DNA from: an uncultured Desulfatitalea sp.
GTDB lineage: Bacteria; Desulfobacterota; Desulfobacteria; Desulfobacterales; Desulfosarcinaceae
Direction of reading: 5' to 3'
Assembly: GCA_963668675.2 (NCBI GenBank)
Contig: CAXXMB010000001.1
Span: 448,001 to 512,000, forward strand
Length of the DNA stretch: 64,000 bases
The translations under genes were made by a program, and so were the position numbers. Shown here in pieces: positions 20,905 through 32,199 of this stretch (within the stretch, counting starts at the first letter, position 1; each line of letters opens with the position of its first letter). The notes beneath the pieces are model-generated. The model searched no databases and was not told the DNA's origin. It saw nothing but the letters and a program-made list of their open reading frames with translations.

Positions 20905-21801
20905 ATGCGCTTCTATATAATCGCCATTATTATTCTGCTGGCCGCTGCCACTGCAATCGGAGGCATTGTGCTGCGTAAAGAGCTACCATACCAATTCGAC
21001 ACCATCCAAAAAAGAGACAGCGTCACCATCGTCAACCAGGACGTGTGGAACCAGCGGCCGCTCTCCGTGGCCATCTCTCAAAAGGGCCGTCAGCTTGCCA
21101 CAGGAACAATCGATCCTGAACATCACAGCGAGGTGTTCACCAGCCTGCCCGATTCCGGCCCCATGGAAATTGAGATCTCCCGCATCGATCTGATAGGCAA
21201 GCTTCGCTACCGCACCAAAACCATCTCTTTCCAACGCAGGCCCGACAGGCAAGCATACGTCGTTTTGCTCGGCGCCTCCATCGGCAAGGCGTGGAAACTT
21301 GGCGACTTTGCGAACAGGGTCAATGAGGCCCAAGTGGTTTTCAGCACCCGGGCGCACTACGATTTTGACAAAACCGGCACCCTCATGCCGCTGTTGAACC
21401 TGAAAGTAAAACCGGATGCCATCATCATCAAACAGTGCTCGGATTACTTTCCCCGCGATTTTCAAAAAAGCGCCGATACGGTGCGACAATGGGTGGCAGA
21501 AATCAAGCAGTCTGGCATCCGGCCGATCCTGGCTACCACCGTGCCGGTAACCGGAAGCGGTCCACGCAAAGACAGGCAAGCGTCAATCGACCAATGGAAT
21601 CTTTTCGTGCGTGAACTTGGCCAAAAGAGCCAAATACCGGTTCTCGATTTGGCCGACGCTGTACAAACCAGTGAAGAAAATACGTTTCTCAAAGAGAACT
21701 TTGCCCAAGAAGATGGCTACCATCTCACCATGGCGGCCTACGACCGTGCCCTGGACCCGCTTTTGGAAAAGTTCACCAAAGAGGAGTTGCACTTGTATTG
21801 A
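20905..21801 (+). CDS. Membrane-anchored SGNH/GDSL-like hydrolase
   Basis: N-terminal TM; LLGASI block I, PILATTVP and DGYHL block V. The upstream ORF extension is repeat-derived. Confidence 0.7.
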   Translation: MRFYIIAIIILLAAATAIGGIVLRKELPYQFDTIQKRDSVTIVNQDVWNQRPLSVAISQKGRQLATGTIDPEHHSEVFTSLPDSGPMEIEISRIDLIGKLRYRTKTISFQRRPDRQAYVVLLGASIGKAWKLGDFANRVNEAQVVFSTRAHYDFDKTGTLMPLLNLKVKPDAIIIKQCSDYFPRDFQKSADTVRQWVAEIKQSGIRPILATTVPVTGSGPRKDRQASIDQWNLFVRELGQKSQIPVLDLADAVQTSEENTFLKENFAQEDGYHLTMAAYDRALDPLLEKFTKEELHLY

Positions 21802-22091
21802 GGTTGCCGAGCGACCCCGTCCGTCATGCCGGCGAAAGCCGGCATTCAGATTGCCGGGGCTAGCAGTGGAACTGGAATCCGCCCACATCTAAGTCCACTC
21901 TTAAACGATACGGAGGCATGAAATTGTGGGTCGCAAACCCGAAAGTTCACCTTAAACGCCATGTAGCGCTCGAACCGTTCACCATGCTGAATCAATTCGC
22001 GCTGTTACAGATAAAGGAATTTCTTGTAATGATATAGCTAACGCGTTAATAAACGACCATCTCCCAACCAAAACACAACAAGGAATATATT

Positions 22092-24365
22092 ATGTGTCCC
22101 CTCATCAGGTATCTGATTATAGTCGCCCTAATAACAATCACCGGCTGCGCTTCAGACGAGGAAAAAAAAGTCGAGTACTTCAACAAGGGAGTTGAAGCCA
22201 TTGAAACGGGAGAATACAGTGTTGCAGAAATCCAGCTAAAAAATGCACTGCAGATTGATCCCAAGTACCTCGATGCAAGAATTCGTCTTGCCGAAACCTA
22301 TCTCAAGCTCGGCAAAGCCCAAGAGGCTTTCAAAGAGTATTTTGCCATCGCCAAAATAGATCCAACCAATCGTGACGCGCTGCTCAAACTCACCACGTTT
22401 TACATGCTTGGAAAAAAATATGCCGAAGCGCGTGAAATGGCAGACAAGCTGCTTCAGATAGAACCGGATCATGTCGAGGGTCTGTTTCTTTCGGCCGCCC
22501 TTTACAATTTGGCACAAAACCACGACGCTTCCATAGAAACCTACCGAAGAATCATCGCTCTGGACAAGCAGCAGCCCCGTGCGTATATCGCTCTCGCCCA
22601 GATCGCCTCCCGGGAGGGAGACGTCTCTCAAGCAGAAAGCTATCTTGAGCAAGCGGTGCGTATCGATCCGAAAGATATCAAATCGAGACTCTATTTGGTG
22701 CGCTTTTATGCAGCCCAAAAAAAATACAACATGGCGGAACAAGAACTGAAGAAAGCGATCGACATTAAACCAGACGCCGTGGATCTTTTTTTGACCAAAG
22801 CCGAGTTGCACATGCGGCAAGGCCAATACCAGGAAGCGGAAAAGGCCTTATTGCATACTATTGAACTCGATCCTAACGGTGAGCGCCCCTATTTGGCGAC
22901 CGCCAAATTTTACGAAACAAGAGGGCGATGGGATGAAGCCAAAGCCAAGTATATGGAGGTGGCTGACAAACATCCGGGAAACATTTCGGTAATGGGGGTA
23001 GCTGCGGAGTTCCTATTAAAAAGGAAGGAGATCGAAGCGGCCGAATCATTAACCAATCGAATCATTGAAATCCGGCCGGGTTATATTCCCGTTATGCTCC
23101 TTCAAGGGCAGATTTTTGCAGCCAAGCAACTTTGGAATGATGCTATTGCTACCTTCGATCAGGTCATCGAGCAAGAACCCAAGTTGGCCAAAGCATACCT
23201 GTTTAGAGGATTATGCTACCTTTCAAAAGGAGATATCCATCTTGCCAAATCGGACGCTGTCAAAGCGGTCGGGCTCGATCCCAAAGACCTGCCATCCAAA
23301 ATGGCTCTGGCCGATATCTACTTAAAAACAAGGGACATCAAGAGCGGTCAGCGCTTGCTGGAAGAGGTATTAGAAAAGCAGCCGGATAACATAAAAGCGA
23401 AATTTGAATTGAATAGAACTTACGTCGCTCAGGGAAAGCTCGACCAAGCCAAACAAGGTTTTCAACGCTTAGCTGGCCTACAACCCGAAAATCCACAAAT
23501 CTATTTCCAACTGGGAATAATCGAACGACTGCAAAAAAGCAATGAGGCCGCGCTGGACCATTTTGACCGAGCATTATCACTTGATCCTTACATGATGGTA
23601 GCCCTGGCTCAAGTGATCCTCATTCATGTATCACAAAACGAGACCGCCGCAGCGATAGCCAGATGTGACCGGCAGTTACCCTTGGTCAAAGAATCGCCCC
23701 GGGCGCAAGGAATCTTATACTTCGATAAAGGCCGCCTTCTGCTTATGCAACAAAAGGATGCAGAGGCAGAGAAGGCTTTCAACCTGGCCATCGAGGCCAA
23801 CCCTGATGCAATGCCGGCATATCACGGATTGGCACAGATTTATCGTAAAAATGGTCAAACTGAAAAAGCCGTCGGTCAATACCAGGCCATGCTTCAAAAG
23901 CATTCGAATCAAGTATCCCCTCACATGATGTTGGCTACTTTGTACGAAACAAAAGGGGACGAAGCCAAATCTGAAGAGCACTACCGTGAAGCGCTTAAAA
24001 TCAAGCCGGATTTTGCACCTGCGGCAAATAATTTGGCCTATATGCTGGCAGAGCGCGGTGAAAATATGGACGAAGCTTTGAACTATGCACGCATCGCCAA
24101 AGAGAAGCTTCCGGACGACCCAGCGGTCATGGATACTATCGGCTGGGTCTATTATAAAAAAGGTCTCTATGACAGTGCGATTGCTGAATTTAGCGACAGC
24201 ATCGAAAAATTGCCGAACAACGCCATGCTTCATTACCACTTGGGGCTGGCGTTGCATAAAAACAATGAGGACAGGAAGGCAAAAGATGCCTTTGAAAAAG
24301 CGCTAACGCTTGACCCAAAATTCGAAAAAGCAAAAGAAATCAAAGAAATACTAAAAATGCTTTAG
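22092..24365 (+). CDS. prsT: TPR-repeat lipoprotein, PrsT-like (PEP-CTERM/exosortase system)
   Basis: Lipobox ITGC; A.IQLKNALQ.DP; many TPRs; C-terminal NNLAY...DTIGWVY. Confidence 0.8.
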   Translation: MCPLIRYLIIVALITITGCASDEEKKVEYFNKGVEAIETGEYSVAEIQLKNALQIDPKYLDARIRLAETYLKLGKAQEAFKEYFAIAKIDPTNRDALLKLTTFYMLGKKYAEAREMADKLLQIEPDHVEGLFLSAALYNLAQNHDASIETYRRIIALDKQQPRAYIALAQIASREGDVSQAESYLEQAVRIDPKDIKSRLYLVRFYAAQKKYNMAEQELKKAIDIKPDAVDLFLTKAELHMRQGQYQEAEKALLHTIELDPNGERPYLATAKFYETRGRWDEAKAKYMEVADKHPGNISVMGVAAEFLLKRKEIEAAESLTNRIIEIRPGYIPVMLLQGQIFAAKQLWNDAIATFDQVIEQEPKLAKAYLFRGLCYLSKGDIHLAKSDAVKAVGLDPKDLPSKMALADIYLKTRDIKSGQRLLEEVLEKQPDNIKAKFELNRTYVAQGKLDQAKQGFQRLAGLQPENPQIYFQLGIIERLQKSNEAALDHFDRALSLDPYMMVALAQVILIHVSQNETAAAIARCDRQLPLVKESPRAQGILYFDKGRLLLMQQKDAEAEKAFNLAIEANPDAMPAYHGLAQIYRKNGQTEKAVGQYQAMLQKHSNQVSPHMMLATLYETKGDEAKSEEHYREALKIKPDFAPAANNLAYMLAERGENMDEALNYARIAKEKLPDDPAVMDTIGWVYYKKGLYDSAIAEFSDSIEKLPNNAMLHYHLGLALHKNNEDRKAKDAFEKALTLDPKFEKAKEIKEILKML

Positions 24366-24453
24366 CAAATACACCGGCCAAGGCTGCCAATTCCGATTGT
24401 CATCTGAAGAGCCGATCGTTGGATAGAACAATGTAGGGGCGGGGTTCATCCCC

Positions 24454-24692
24454 GCTTAAGCACCCGGAATGTAGTTATGATTGGCCTATGCAAAGCATTT
24501 GATTCCCTGATGGCATCATTACGATGCAATGAGAAAGTCCCCCTTTTCCAAAGGGTGATTTAGGGGGATTCCAGTATGTTGAGGACCAACCAAATCCCCC
24601 CGACCCCCCTTTGAAAAAGGAGGGTGCCGGTAACCGTATCAAGAGATGATAAAGGACAGCAGACGCGACTTCATCGTCCATAGAGAATCGGG
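24454..24692 (-). mobile_element. MITE family A copy 5 (one end truncated next to a GTAG-REP)
   Basis: GCTTAAGCACCCGG...CATAGAGAATCGGG. Confidence 0.85.
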
Positions 24693-25176
24693 AATGCGAA
24701 AATATTTTCCTAACAAACAGGAAACAATCAAAAACCCAACCTTTTCCCTGAAATAAGCCCCATTCATAAAGAAAAATCAATATCATAAACAAAATCAATC
24801 GGTCAGAAGCCTATATCCTCCAAACCCGCCTCCCCCCAACGGCTTAACGCCTAGACCAGATCACACCTATATAATACCCTCCAAACCCTTTCGTATCTAA
24901 ACTTCAGCAATAAATCCGCATGCATCAATTTACCAATTATCTGAGAAAACCATTTCCACAATAGTGGTACTTGTATTCCTAAAGCCAATCTAATCAAAAC
25001 TAAAAAATTGTAATGACAACTCACCAATCATTTTTGTCTTTCGTATAAATAAATATGTAAAAAATTAGAAACCAATTGAAAAAAATACATAAATTAAAAT
25101 TAATGGATATCCGGTTAGTCAAAGCACATGAAATCGGCTGACTTTCTCCTCTATGGTTTTCGCAAATTAATTTCTT

Positions 25177-25192
25177 TGGCACACCGCTTGCT
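25177..25192 (+). promoter_or_regulatory. Sigma54 -24/-12 promoter
   Basis: TGGCACACCGCTTGCT, near-consensus, preceded by a long AT-rich region. Confidence 0.85.
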
Positions 25193-25304
25193 TTACGTGT
25201 GCCATTATGATGGAATGCGTCTCTAAGTGCCTTAACTAAATGGCAAGTCGACTAAATTAGTATGAAAATAAACGGTCATCGACGTTTTTAACAACAGGCT
25301 TCAA

Positions 25305-26669
25305 ATGATTCTACAATATGAAAGATACTGTGCCCTGAAAACAGCGATACAGATCGTGGGTGAGGCATTGATCATTTTGAGCGCCTTCACCATTATTCTC
25401 ACTTTTCAATCAGATCAAGCCCATTCCATAACCCTTCGATATGCTATTCTCTTCACCCTCATATGCCAAGCGAGCATCTATTTTTTCGGACTTTACAATC
25501 CCACACTGCAATTTGGTTTAACCGAGCAGTTGATCGGATTGGCACAGGCACTATCGATCGCCATAGCCGCCATCGTGATATCGATTTTGATTGTTGGTAA
25601 AAGCATCTATTTTTTCTCGATCTTTGTGAGCTTTGGAACTCTACTCGCATCCTTGATTCTCTGGAGACGATTAATGCAAAAAGTGTCAAATACCGACATT
25701 TTTCGACAGAAAGTCATAATACTGGGGACCAAAGGACGCGCCGAGGCAATATATCAGGCACTAAGAAAGAAAAAAAATCCTGATAAAACCAAACAAAGAA
25801 ACCTCCGGCCCTGCAATATCCGTATTGTTGCCGTGGCCGACACACAGGAAAATACCTGCAGCTTTCCTATAGAGGAAAAAACCCCATACGTTCAGCTGAA
25901 GAACTGCAGCGATGTGCTTGAACTCTCTTGTGAATACAATACACGGCAAGTTATAGTATGCAATCAAATCGCCGGAAACCTGACCCCACAAGAAGTTTAT
26001 GAACTTAAACGCAAAGGAATTTTGCTCTGCAGCGAAAATGCCATGTTTGAAGCAATCTCCGGAAGAAGGGACCCGGCGGAGATCGATCCGAAAGATGTCA
26101 TCTTTTCACAAAGCTTTCAAAGAAAGATACAACGCTATACCAAACGTTTTGGAGATCTGGCAGTCGCTTTCGCATTGCTTGCGCTGTTATCTCCGTTCTT
26201 TCTTGCCGTCGGCTTCGTTCTCAAAGCAATAAAACCAGGCCGTATCATTGAAACCGAATCGTGCCTGGGACTACGAAAAAAAGTGTTTAATCGGTATCGT
26301 TTTCATTCTTCCCCTAAACTCACCCATTATCCAATCTACCATCAACGCATCCAAGCGTTGCCGCAACTTTGGAACGTCCTCAAAGCCGATATGAGCCTGG
26401 TCGGTCCCTGTCCGATCGGACCGCAGCAGGCTGAAGATATAAGTCATGAGCAACTTTTGTTTGACGAACGCTTTACCGTTCGCCCAGGCCTGACCGGCTG
26501 GGCACAGGTGAACCACCAATACGATGGCTCCAACAAAACAATCAAAGATATGTTCGGGTATGACCTCTTTTACCTGAAGCACATGTCGTTGTTCTTGGAC
26601 ATCGTCGTAATATCGCGTGCGTTGCTGGTTCAAAGCCCCACCAGCAGACCCGTCACCAACGCATCATGA
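25305..26669 (+). CDS. Priming phosphoglycosyl transferase homolog (WcaJ/WbaP-like) with substituted catalytic residues
   Basis: Four N-terminal TM, KR..D, LPQLWNVLK.DMSLVGP, RPGLTGWAQV and YDLFY motifs. The usual DE and PRP motifs read QA and PCP. Confidence 0.85.
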   Translation: MILQYERYCALKTAIQIVGEALIILSAFTIILTFQSDQAHSITLRYAILFTLICQASIYFFGLYNPTLQFGLTEQLIGLAQALSIAIAAIVISILIVGKSIYFFSIFVSFGTLLASLILWRRLMQKVSNTDIFRQKVIILGTKGRAEAIYQALRKKKNPDKTKQRNLRPCNIRIVAVADTQENTCSFPIEEKTPYVQLKNCSDVLELSCEYNTRQVIVCNQIAGNLTPQEVYELKRKGILLCSENAMFEAISGRRDPAEIDPKDVIFSQSFQRKIQRYTKRFGDLAVAFALLALLSPFFLAVGFVLKAIKPGRIIETESCLGLRKKVFNRYRFHSSPKLTHYPIYHQRIQALPQLWNVLKADMSLVGPCPIGPQQAEDISHEQLLFDERFTVRPGLTGWAQVNHQYDGSNKTIKDMFGYDLFYLKHMSLFLDIVVISRALLVQSPTSRPVTNAS

Positions 26670-26856
26670 CAAGTGATATCGGCTTTAAAAAGGATTGTTC
26701 CTAACCCAATCCAAACAACTGCAAGCTAAAAAGAATGCCACTCAGCGGTGAACGTCCAAAATTAGACACCGCAAATCGATTGCCATGTAATCGACCGGGC
26801 GGAGCTATATCCCAAATTTCAATAAAAATCATTTGATACTAAATCTGCTCTGATCA

Positions 26857-27411
26857 ATGAAGATAGAAAAAACATCGATTCCTGAAGTCATACTGATTGA
26901 ACCAAGCGTATTCCAAGACGACCGCGGCTATTTCATGGAAACATACCAGCACCGGCGCTACGAGGAGATCGGAATCACCTGCACCTTTGTTCAGGACAAC
27001 CTTTCAACCTCAAAAAAAGGCACGCTTAGAGGGTTGCATTTCCAATATTCGAATTCCCAAGCTAAATTGGTTCAGGTGTTGCAAGGAGAGGTCTTTGACG
27101 TTGCCGTTGACATTCGAAAAGGCTCACCACACTGCGGCCAATGGGCCGGAGCAATTCTTTCCGATAAGAACAATCATCAACTATTTATCCCTGAAGGATT
27201 CGCTCACGGTTTCTGTGTGCTAAGCGATGTCGCCATCTTCCACTATAAATGCAGCAACTACTATTCACCGGAATCGGAAGGCGGTATATTATGGTGCGAC
27301 CCTCAAATAAATATAACCTGGCCGATAAAAAATCCCATCCTCTCCAAAAAGGATCAAGGCTATCCAACAATAAACCAAATAGAAACATCAAAGCTTCCGG
27401 AAATGCCATAG
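26857..27411 (+). CDS. rmlC: dTDP-4-dehydrorhamnose 3,5-epimerase
   Basis: DDRGYF, FVQDN, LRGLHFQ and GFAHGF motifs. Confidence 0.97.
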   Translation: MKIEKTSIPEVILIEPSVFQDDRGYFMETYQHRRYEEIGITCTFVQDNLSTSKKGTLRGLHFQYSNSQAKLVQVLQGEVFDVAVDIRKGSPHCGQWAGAILSDKNNHQLFIPEGFAHGFCVLSDVAIFHYKCSNYYSPESEGGILWCDPQINITWPIKNPILSKKDQGYPTINQIETSKLPEMP

Positions 27412-27474
27412 ATAGAGAACAAATGAAATTAACCAGATTTGAAGAAATAAAGACAATTAAAGATAACAATCCCC

Positions 27475-27601
27475 GTCATCCCATCGAAAGCCGGGATCCA
27501 GTCTTTTCAATAACTTCTGGATGCCGGATCATAAAAGCTTGCCCTGGACTACGATCCAGGGGCCGGCAAGACGGGTGGAGGACTTTTTACGAGTTCATCA
27601 A
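27475..27601. repeat. Palindromic repeat with a MITE-B end
   Basis: GTCATCCC...GGATCCAG hairpins ending in GACTTTTTACGAGTTCATCAA. Confidence 0.65.
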
Positions 27602-27637
27602 TAATAAACCAAAAACGATTCGACAACCTACATAATA

Positions 27638-28726
27638 ATGAACCCAACAAACTATAAAACATTACTTGTCACCGGAGGATGCGGTTTCATCGGCTCCAAC
27701 TTTATTCGGCAAACGCTCAATCATTGGCGTGATTGCACAATCATCAATATAGACGCACTCACCTATGCCGGAAACCCGCTCAACCTGGAAAACCTTTCTA
27801 ACGATCGAGAAGAAAGCTACAGGTTGGTCCAGGCAGATATCCGCGATCTGCCGGCGTTGCATCAACTGTTTAATGATGAAGACATTGATGCGGTCGTTCA
27901 TTTTGCCGCAGAGTCACATGTGGATCGTTCCATTCACAATCCGGCCGCCTTCATAGAGACCAACGTCCTCGGCACCTGCAACCTGCTTATCGCAGCATAT
28001 CAAGACTGGAAAGCGCGAAACAAACCGGACCATTTCCGTTTCCTTCACGTCTCTACAGACGAAGTTTACGGCAGCCTCGGGTCGGAAGGGTACTTCAGCG
28101 AATCGACGCCATACGATCCATCCAGTCCCTATTCTGCCTCAAAAGCCGGGGCCGATCATCTGGTGAATGCCTGGTACAGCACCTACGGACTGCCCACGCT
28201 GGTCACCAACTGCTCCAATAACTATGGGCCCTACCAATTCCCGGAGAAATTGATTCCTTTGATGATATTGAACATCCTCGAAGAAAAAGAACTGCCCGTA
28301 TACGGGGATGGCAAAAACGTCCGAGACTGGCTCTATGTCATCGATCACTGCGATGCCTTGCTCAATATATTGGAGAAGGGCGTCATCGGCGAGACTTACA
28401 ATATCGGCGGAAATGAAGAGCGCCGGAACATCGACATCGTCAACCTGCTTTGCCGGAAGTTGGATCAAAAGTTGGGCCGCACAGGAGCAAAATCGAGCCG
28501 GAACTTGATTCGCTTCGTTCAGGATCGCCCCGGGCATGATCGCCGTTATGCCATCGATGCCACTAAAATAAAAACGCAGCTCGATTGGAAACCCCAACAC
28601 GACTTCGAAACCGCCATTGAGGAAACCATCGACTGGTATCTCAACAACATGGATTGGGTAAACACCATCCGAACAGGCGAATACCGCAATTGGATAGATC
28701 AGAACTACAACCAGAGAAATTGTTAA
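27638..28726 (+). CDS. rmlB: dTDP-glucose 4,6-dehydratase
   Basis: GGCGFIGS, AAESHVD, STDEVYG, YSASK and DRPGHD motifs. Confidence 0.97.
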   Translation: MNPTNYKTLLVTGGCGFIGSNFIRQTLNHWRDCTIINIDALTYAGNPLNLENLSNDREESYRLVQADIRDLPALHQLFNDEDIDAVVHFAAESHVDRSIHNPAAFIETNVLGTCNLLIAAYQDWKARNKPDHFRFLHVSTDEVYGSLGSEGYFSESTPYDPSSPYSASKAGADHLVNAWYSTYGLPTLVTNCSNNYGPYQFPEKLIPLMILNILEEKELPVYGDGKNVRDWLYVIDHCDALLNILEKGVIGETYNIGGNEERRNIDIVNLLCRKLDQKLGRTGAKSSRNLIRFVQDRPGHDRRYAIDATKIKTQLDWKPQHDFETAIEETIDWYLNNMDWVNTIRTGEYRNWIDQNYNQRNC

Positions 28727-28868
28727 ACCGGCAATTAAATACACCAACCCCCGTCATCCCGGACCTGATCCAGGATCCAGTAACGACCTGGATAGCGCAA
28801 AAGCTTCACTTCGTACCCGGCCTTCGCCGGAATGACGATCGTTCTGGTTTATTGTTGCCGGGCTACTA
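28721..28868. mobile_element. MITE family C (T(A/G)TTAAACCGGCAAT ends) overlapping the rmlB stop codon
   Basis: TGTTAAACCGGCAAT...GTTGCCGGGCTACTA with palindromic cargo; inverted homolog of 29777-29924. Confidence 0.7.
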
Positions 28869-28906
28869 TCAAACTCAAGCATCCAAAATAAGGACTCAAA
28901 AGAGCG

Positions 28907-29782
28907 ATGAAAGGCATAATACTGGCAGGCGGCTCCGGAACCAGACTGTATCCGATCACTCAAGTCGTCAGTAAGCAGCTGCTGCCGATCTATGACAAAC
29001 CCATGATCTACTATCCGCTGTCGATCCTGATGTTAGCCGGTTTGCGTGATATCTTGATCATCTCAACCCCTCAGGACCTCCCCAATTTTAAAAACCTGCT
29101 TAAAAGCGGGTCTCAGTGGGGTTTAAATTTCAGATATGCTGAACAACCCAAACCCGAAGGGCTCGCCCAGGCCTTTATCATCGGCCGTGACTTTATCGGA
29201 AACGACAGTACCTGTCTGATCCTCGGTGACAACATCTTTTACGGACACGGATTGCCAAACTACATCAAGCCGGCTGCCCAACGGACTCAAGGCGCCACCG
29301 TGTTCGGCTATTGGGTCAGAGATCCCCAACGCTACGGTGTCGTTGATTTCGATAGAAATGGACAGGCGACCAGCATCGAGGAAAAACCAGAGACACCGAA
29401 AAGCAACTGGGCAGTAACCGGCCTCTACTTCTACGATAACCGTGTAATCGACATTGCAGCAGATCTCAAACCTTCACCGCGCGGTGAACTGGAGATCACT
29501 GATGTCAACAAAACCTATCTTGAAACAGGCGATTTGTATGTAGAAAAACTAGGCCGGGGTATCGCCTGGCTAGACACAGGTACGCACGAAAGCCTGATGC
29601 AGGCATCAAGCTTCATCGAAACCATAGAAGAACGCCAGGGGCTCAAAGTGTCTTGTGTTGAGGAAATCGCATACAGGATGGGATATATCACATCCAACCA
29701 GCTGGAGCAGCTCGCGGCGCCGCTTTGTAAAAACGGCTACGGACAATATCTATTGGATCTCCTGAAATACGAATATTATTAG
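28907..29782 (+). CDS. rmlA: Glucose-1-phosphate thymidylyltransferase
   Basis: [25 protein letters not shown] and WLDTGT motifs. Confidence 0.97.
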   Translation: MKGIILAGGSGTRLYPITQVVSKQLLPIYDKPMIYYPLSILMLAGLRDILIISTPQDLPNFKNLLKSGSQWGLNFRYAEQPKPEGLAQAFIIGRDFIGNDSTCLILGDNIFYGHGLPNYIKPAAQRTQGATVFGYWVRDPQRYGVVDFDRNGQATSIEEKPETPKSNWAVTGLYFYDNRVIDIAADLKPSPRGELEITDVNKTYLETGDLYVEKLGRGIAWLDTGTHESLMQASSFIETIEERQGLKVSCVEEIAYRMGYITSNQLEQLAAPLCKNGYGQYLLDLLKYEYY

Positions 29783-29924
29783 CCTGGCAATTTAAAATCA
29801 CAATCCCCGTCATTCCGGCGAAAGCCGGGCACGCAGTGAAGCCTTGGCGCTATCCAGCCGTTTAATGGATCTTAGATCAATTCCAGGATGAAGATAGTTG
29901 GTCTATTTAATTGCCGGTTTAATA
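29777..29924. mobile_element. MITE family C overlapping the rmlA stop codon
   Basis: TATTAGCCTGGCAAT...ATTGCCGGTTTAATA. Confidence 0.7.
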
Positions 29925-29977
29925 GATAAATTTTACTGCGTAAGACCCATCCCAACCATATCGAAAGGTGTCATTCA

Positions 29978-31084
29978 ATGAACATCCCATTTCTGGACCT
30001 TGAAGCCCAATTTAAACAAATAGAAAGTGAAGTCCTCCCCGTGCTTACGGAAGCCATGGAAAACGCCGCTTTTATTGGAGGCCCCCAAGTAACGGGATTC
30101 GAAAAAGAGTTTGCTGCCTTCTGCGATAGCGCTTACTGTATCGGCGTAGGCTCCGGTACGGATGCGCTACGTTTTGCTCTTATGGCCGCAGGTGTAGGTC
30201 AAGGTGACGAAGTCATCACCGTCCCCAATACGTTCATCGCTACCACCGAATCCATCTCTCAAGTTGGTGCCTACCCCGTTTTCGTCGATATCAAACAAGA
30301 CACCTGCAATATCGATCCGGAAAAAATTGAAGCGGCCGTCACTGAAAAGACCAAGGCCATCATCCCTGTACATCTGTATGGTCAGCCGGCAGACATGGAC
30401 ACCATACTTCGAATAGCCGAAACGCACAACCTGGTCGTTATCGAGGATGCCTGCCAGGCCCACGGAGCGCTCTATAACGGTAAAAAAGCCGGTTCCATTG
30501 GTACTGCAGGCTGCTTCAGCTTTTATCCCGGTAAAAATTTAGGGGCTTTTGGTGAGGCCGGAGCCGTCGTAACGCAAGACAAAGAGATTGCTTCTAAAAT
30601 CGGTATGATCCGCGACCACGGTCAGGACAGGAAGTATTACCATCAAATCGAGGGGTTCAACGGCCGTCTTGATGCATTGCAGGCTGCCGTGTTGAGAATC
30701 AAGCTGAACAAGCTGCCGGATTGGAACGCAGCCAGGCAAAGAAATGCCCGCGCCTACAATGAACTGCTATCTAACATACCTGGCGTATCGCTGCCTACCG
30801 AGGCCTCCTTTGCTGAATCAGTCTACCATCTATATGTCATCCATGTAGACAACCGCGACGGATTACAAGCCTACTTGTCGCAAAAAGATATCGCAACCGG
30901 CCTTCACTACCCGCTCCCCTTACATCTGCAAGAAGCCTACAGGCATATGGGCCACTCGAAAGGTGCCTTCCCAGTGGCTGAGCATTCAGCAGCAAAACTA
31001 CTGTCTCTCCCAATGTTTCCGGAACTAACCACCGACCAAATAGAGTATATCGCCCAGACAATAAGGGATTACATGCTCCATTGA
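29978..31084 (+). CDS. DegT/DnrJ/EryC1/StrS sugar aminotransferase (WbpE-like)
   Basis: [20 protein letters not shown] and SFYPGKNLG motifs. Confidence 0.93.
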   Translation: MNIPFLDLEAQFKQIESEVLPVLTEAMENAAFIGGPQVTGFEKEFAAFCDSAYCIGVGSGTDALRFALMAAGVGQGDEVITVPNTFIATTESISQVGAYPVFVDIKQDTCNIDPEKIEAAVTEKTKAIIPVHLYGQPADMDTILRIAETHNLVVIEDACQAHGALYNGKKAGSIGTAGCFSFYPGKNLGAFGEAGAVVTQDKEIASKIGMIRDHGQDRKYYHQIEGFNGRLDALQAAVLRIKLNKLPDWNAARQRNARAYNELLSNIPGVSLPTEASFAESVYHLYVIHVDNRDGLQAYLSQKDIATGLHYPLPLHLQEAYRHMGHSKGAFPVAEHSAAKLLSLPMFPELTTDQIEYIAQTIRDYMLH

Positions 31085-31185
31085 CAGCCTGTCCACATTC
31101 GTCGTCCCGGACTTGATCCGAAATCCAGTAATCCCCTTTATTTCGCTTCGGTTCAGATCAACCTTGATCGAGGAAGGAGAAAAAA

Positions 31186-32199
31186 ATGTTAAACATAGGA
31201 CTCATCGGATTTGGCTATTGGGGCCCAAACCTGGCACGTAATTTCAGTCAAAACCCTGACACAAAACTCACCACCATATGCGATTTTTCAGATTCCCGTT
31301 TGGAACAGGCCCAAAGGCTATTCCCTCACTCTGAAATTTGCAAAGACACGAACGCCATCTTCAATAACAGTACCATTGATGCAGTTGCCATAGCCACTCC
31401 TGTGTCCACACACTACAACTTGGCGAAACAGGCGCTGCTTGCAGATAAGCACGTCTGGTTGGAAAAACCGATGACGGAAACCGTTCAGCAGGCGGAAGAG
31501 CTGATTGAATTGGCCCAAAAAAAGAACAAGGTTCTGTTTGTTGACCATACCTTCGTCTATACGGGTGCAGTGCGAAAAATTAAGGAACTCATCGAAAACA
31601 AAGAGCTGGGCGACATCGTATACTTCGATTCAGCCCGGGTCAACCTGGGGCTCTTTCAACAGGATATCGACGTCATTTGGGACCTCGCACCACACGATCT
31701 ATCCATCATGGATTACCTGATTCCATTGAAAAAGCTCTCGGTGTCCGCCACTGGGCTGAATTATAATGGAAACGGCCTGAATCCGAAATCCATGTTGACC
31801 ATCAACATGGAAAACAATGTAATCGCACACATCAATGTAAGCTGGCTCTCGCCGGTCAAAATCAGACAAACCCTCATTGGTGGGAGCAAGAAGATGATTT
31901 TGTATGACGATACCCACCCGGACGAAAAGGTAAAAGTGTATGATAAGGGGGTTCACATATACGAGACAAAAGAGGAACTCTATCGACTCAACGTTCAATA
32001 CCGCGTCGGAGATATGTACGTTCCTAAACTCGAAAATCAAGAAGCCCTGGCTGTCGAAGCCCAGCATTTTGCTGACTGTGTGCTCAAAGGTAAAAAACCT
32101 CTAACAGGAGGAGAAGCCGGTCTTGAGGTTGTAAAAATACTGGCGGCTTCCAATGAATCATTAAAGCAAAAAGGTGCTCCCGTGGAAATTAAGAATTAA
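31186..32199 (+). CDS. Gfo/Idh/MocA oxidoreductase (WbpB/WlbA-like)
   Basis: GFGYWG, ATP..H, EKP and DLAPHD motifs. Confidence 0.9.
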   Translation: MLNIGLIGFGYWGPNLARNFSQNPDTKLTTICDFSDSRLEQAQRLFPHSEICKDTNAIFNNSTIDAVAIATPVSTHYNLAKQALLADKHVWLEKPMTETVQQAEELIELAQKKNKVLFVDHTFVYTGAVRKIKELIENKELGDIVYFDSARVNLGLFQQDIDVIWDLAPHDLSIMDYLIPLKKLSVSATGLNYNGNGLNPKSMLTINMENNVIAHINVSWLSPVKIRQTLIGGSKKMILYDDTHPDEKVKVYDKGVHIYETKEELYRLNVQYRVGDMYVPKLENQEALAVEAQHFADCVLKGKKPLTGGEAGLEVVKILAASNESLKQKGAPVEIKN

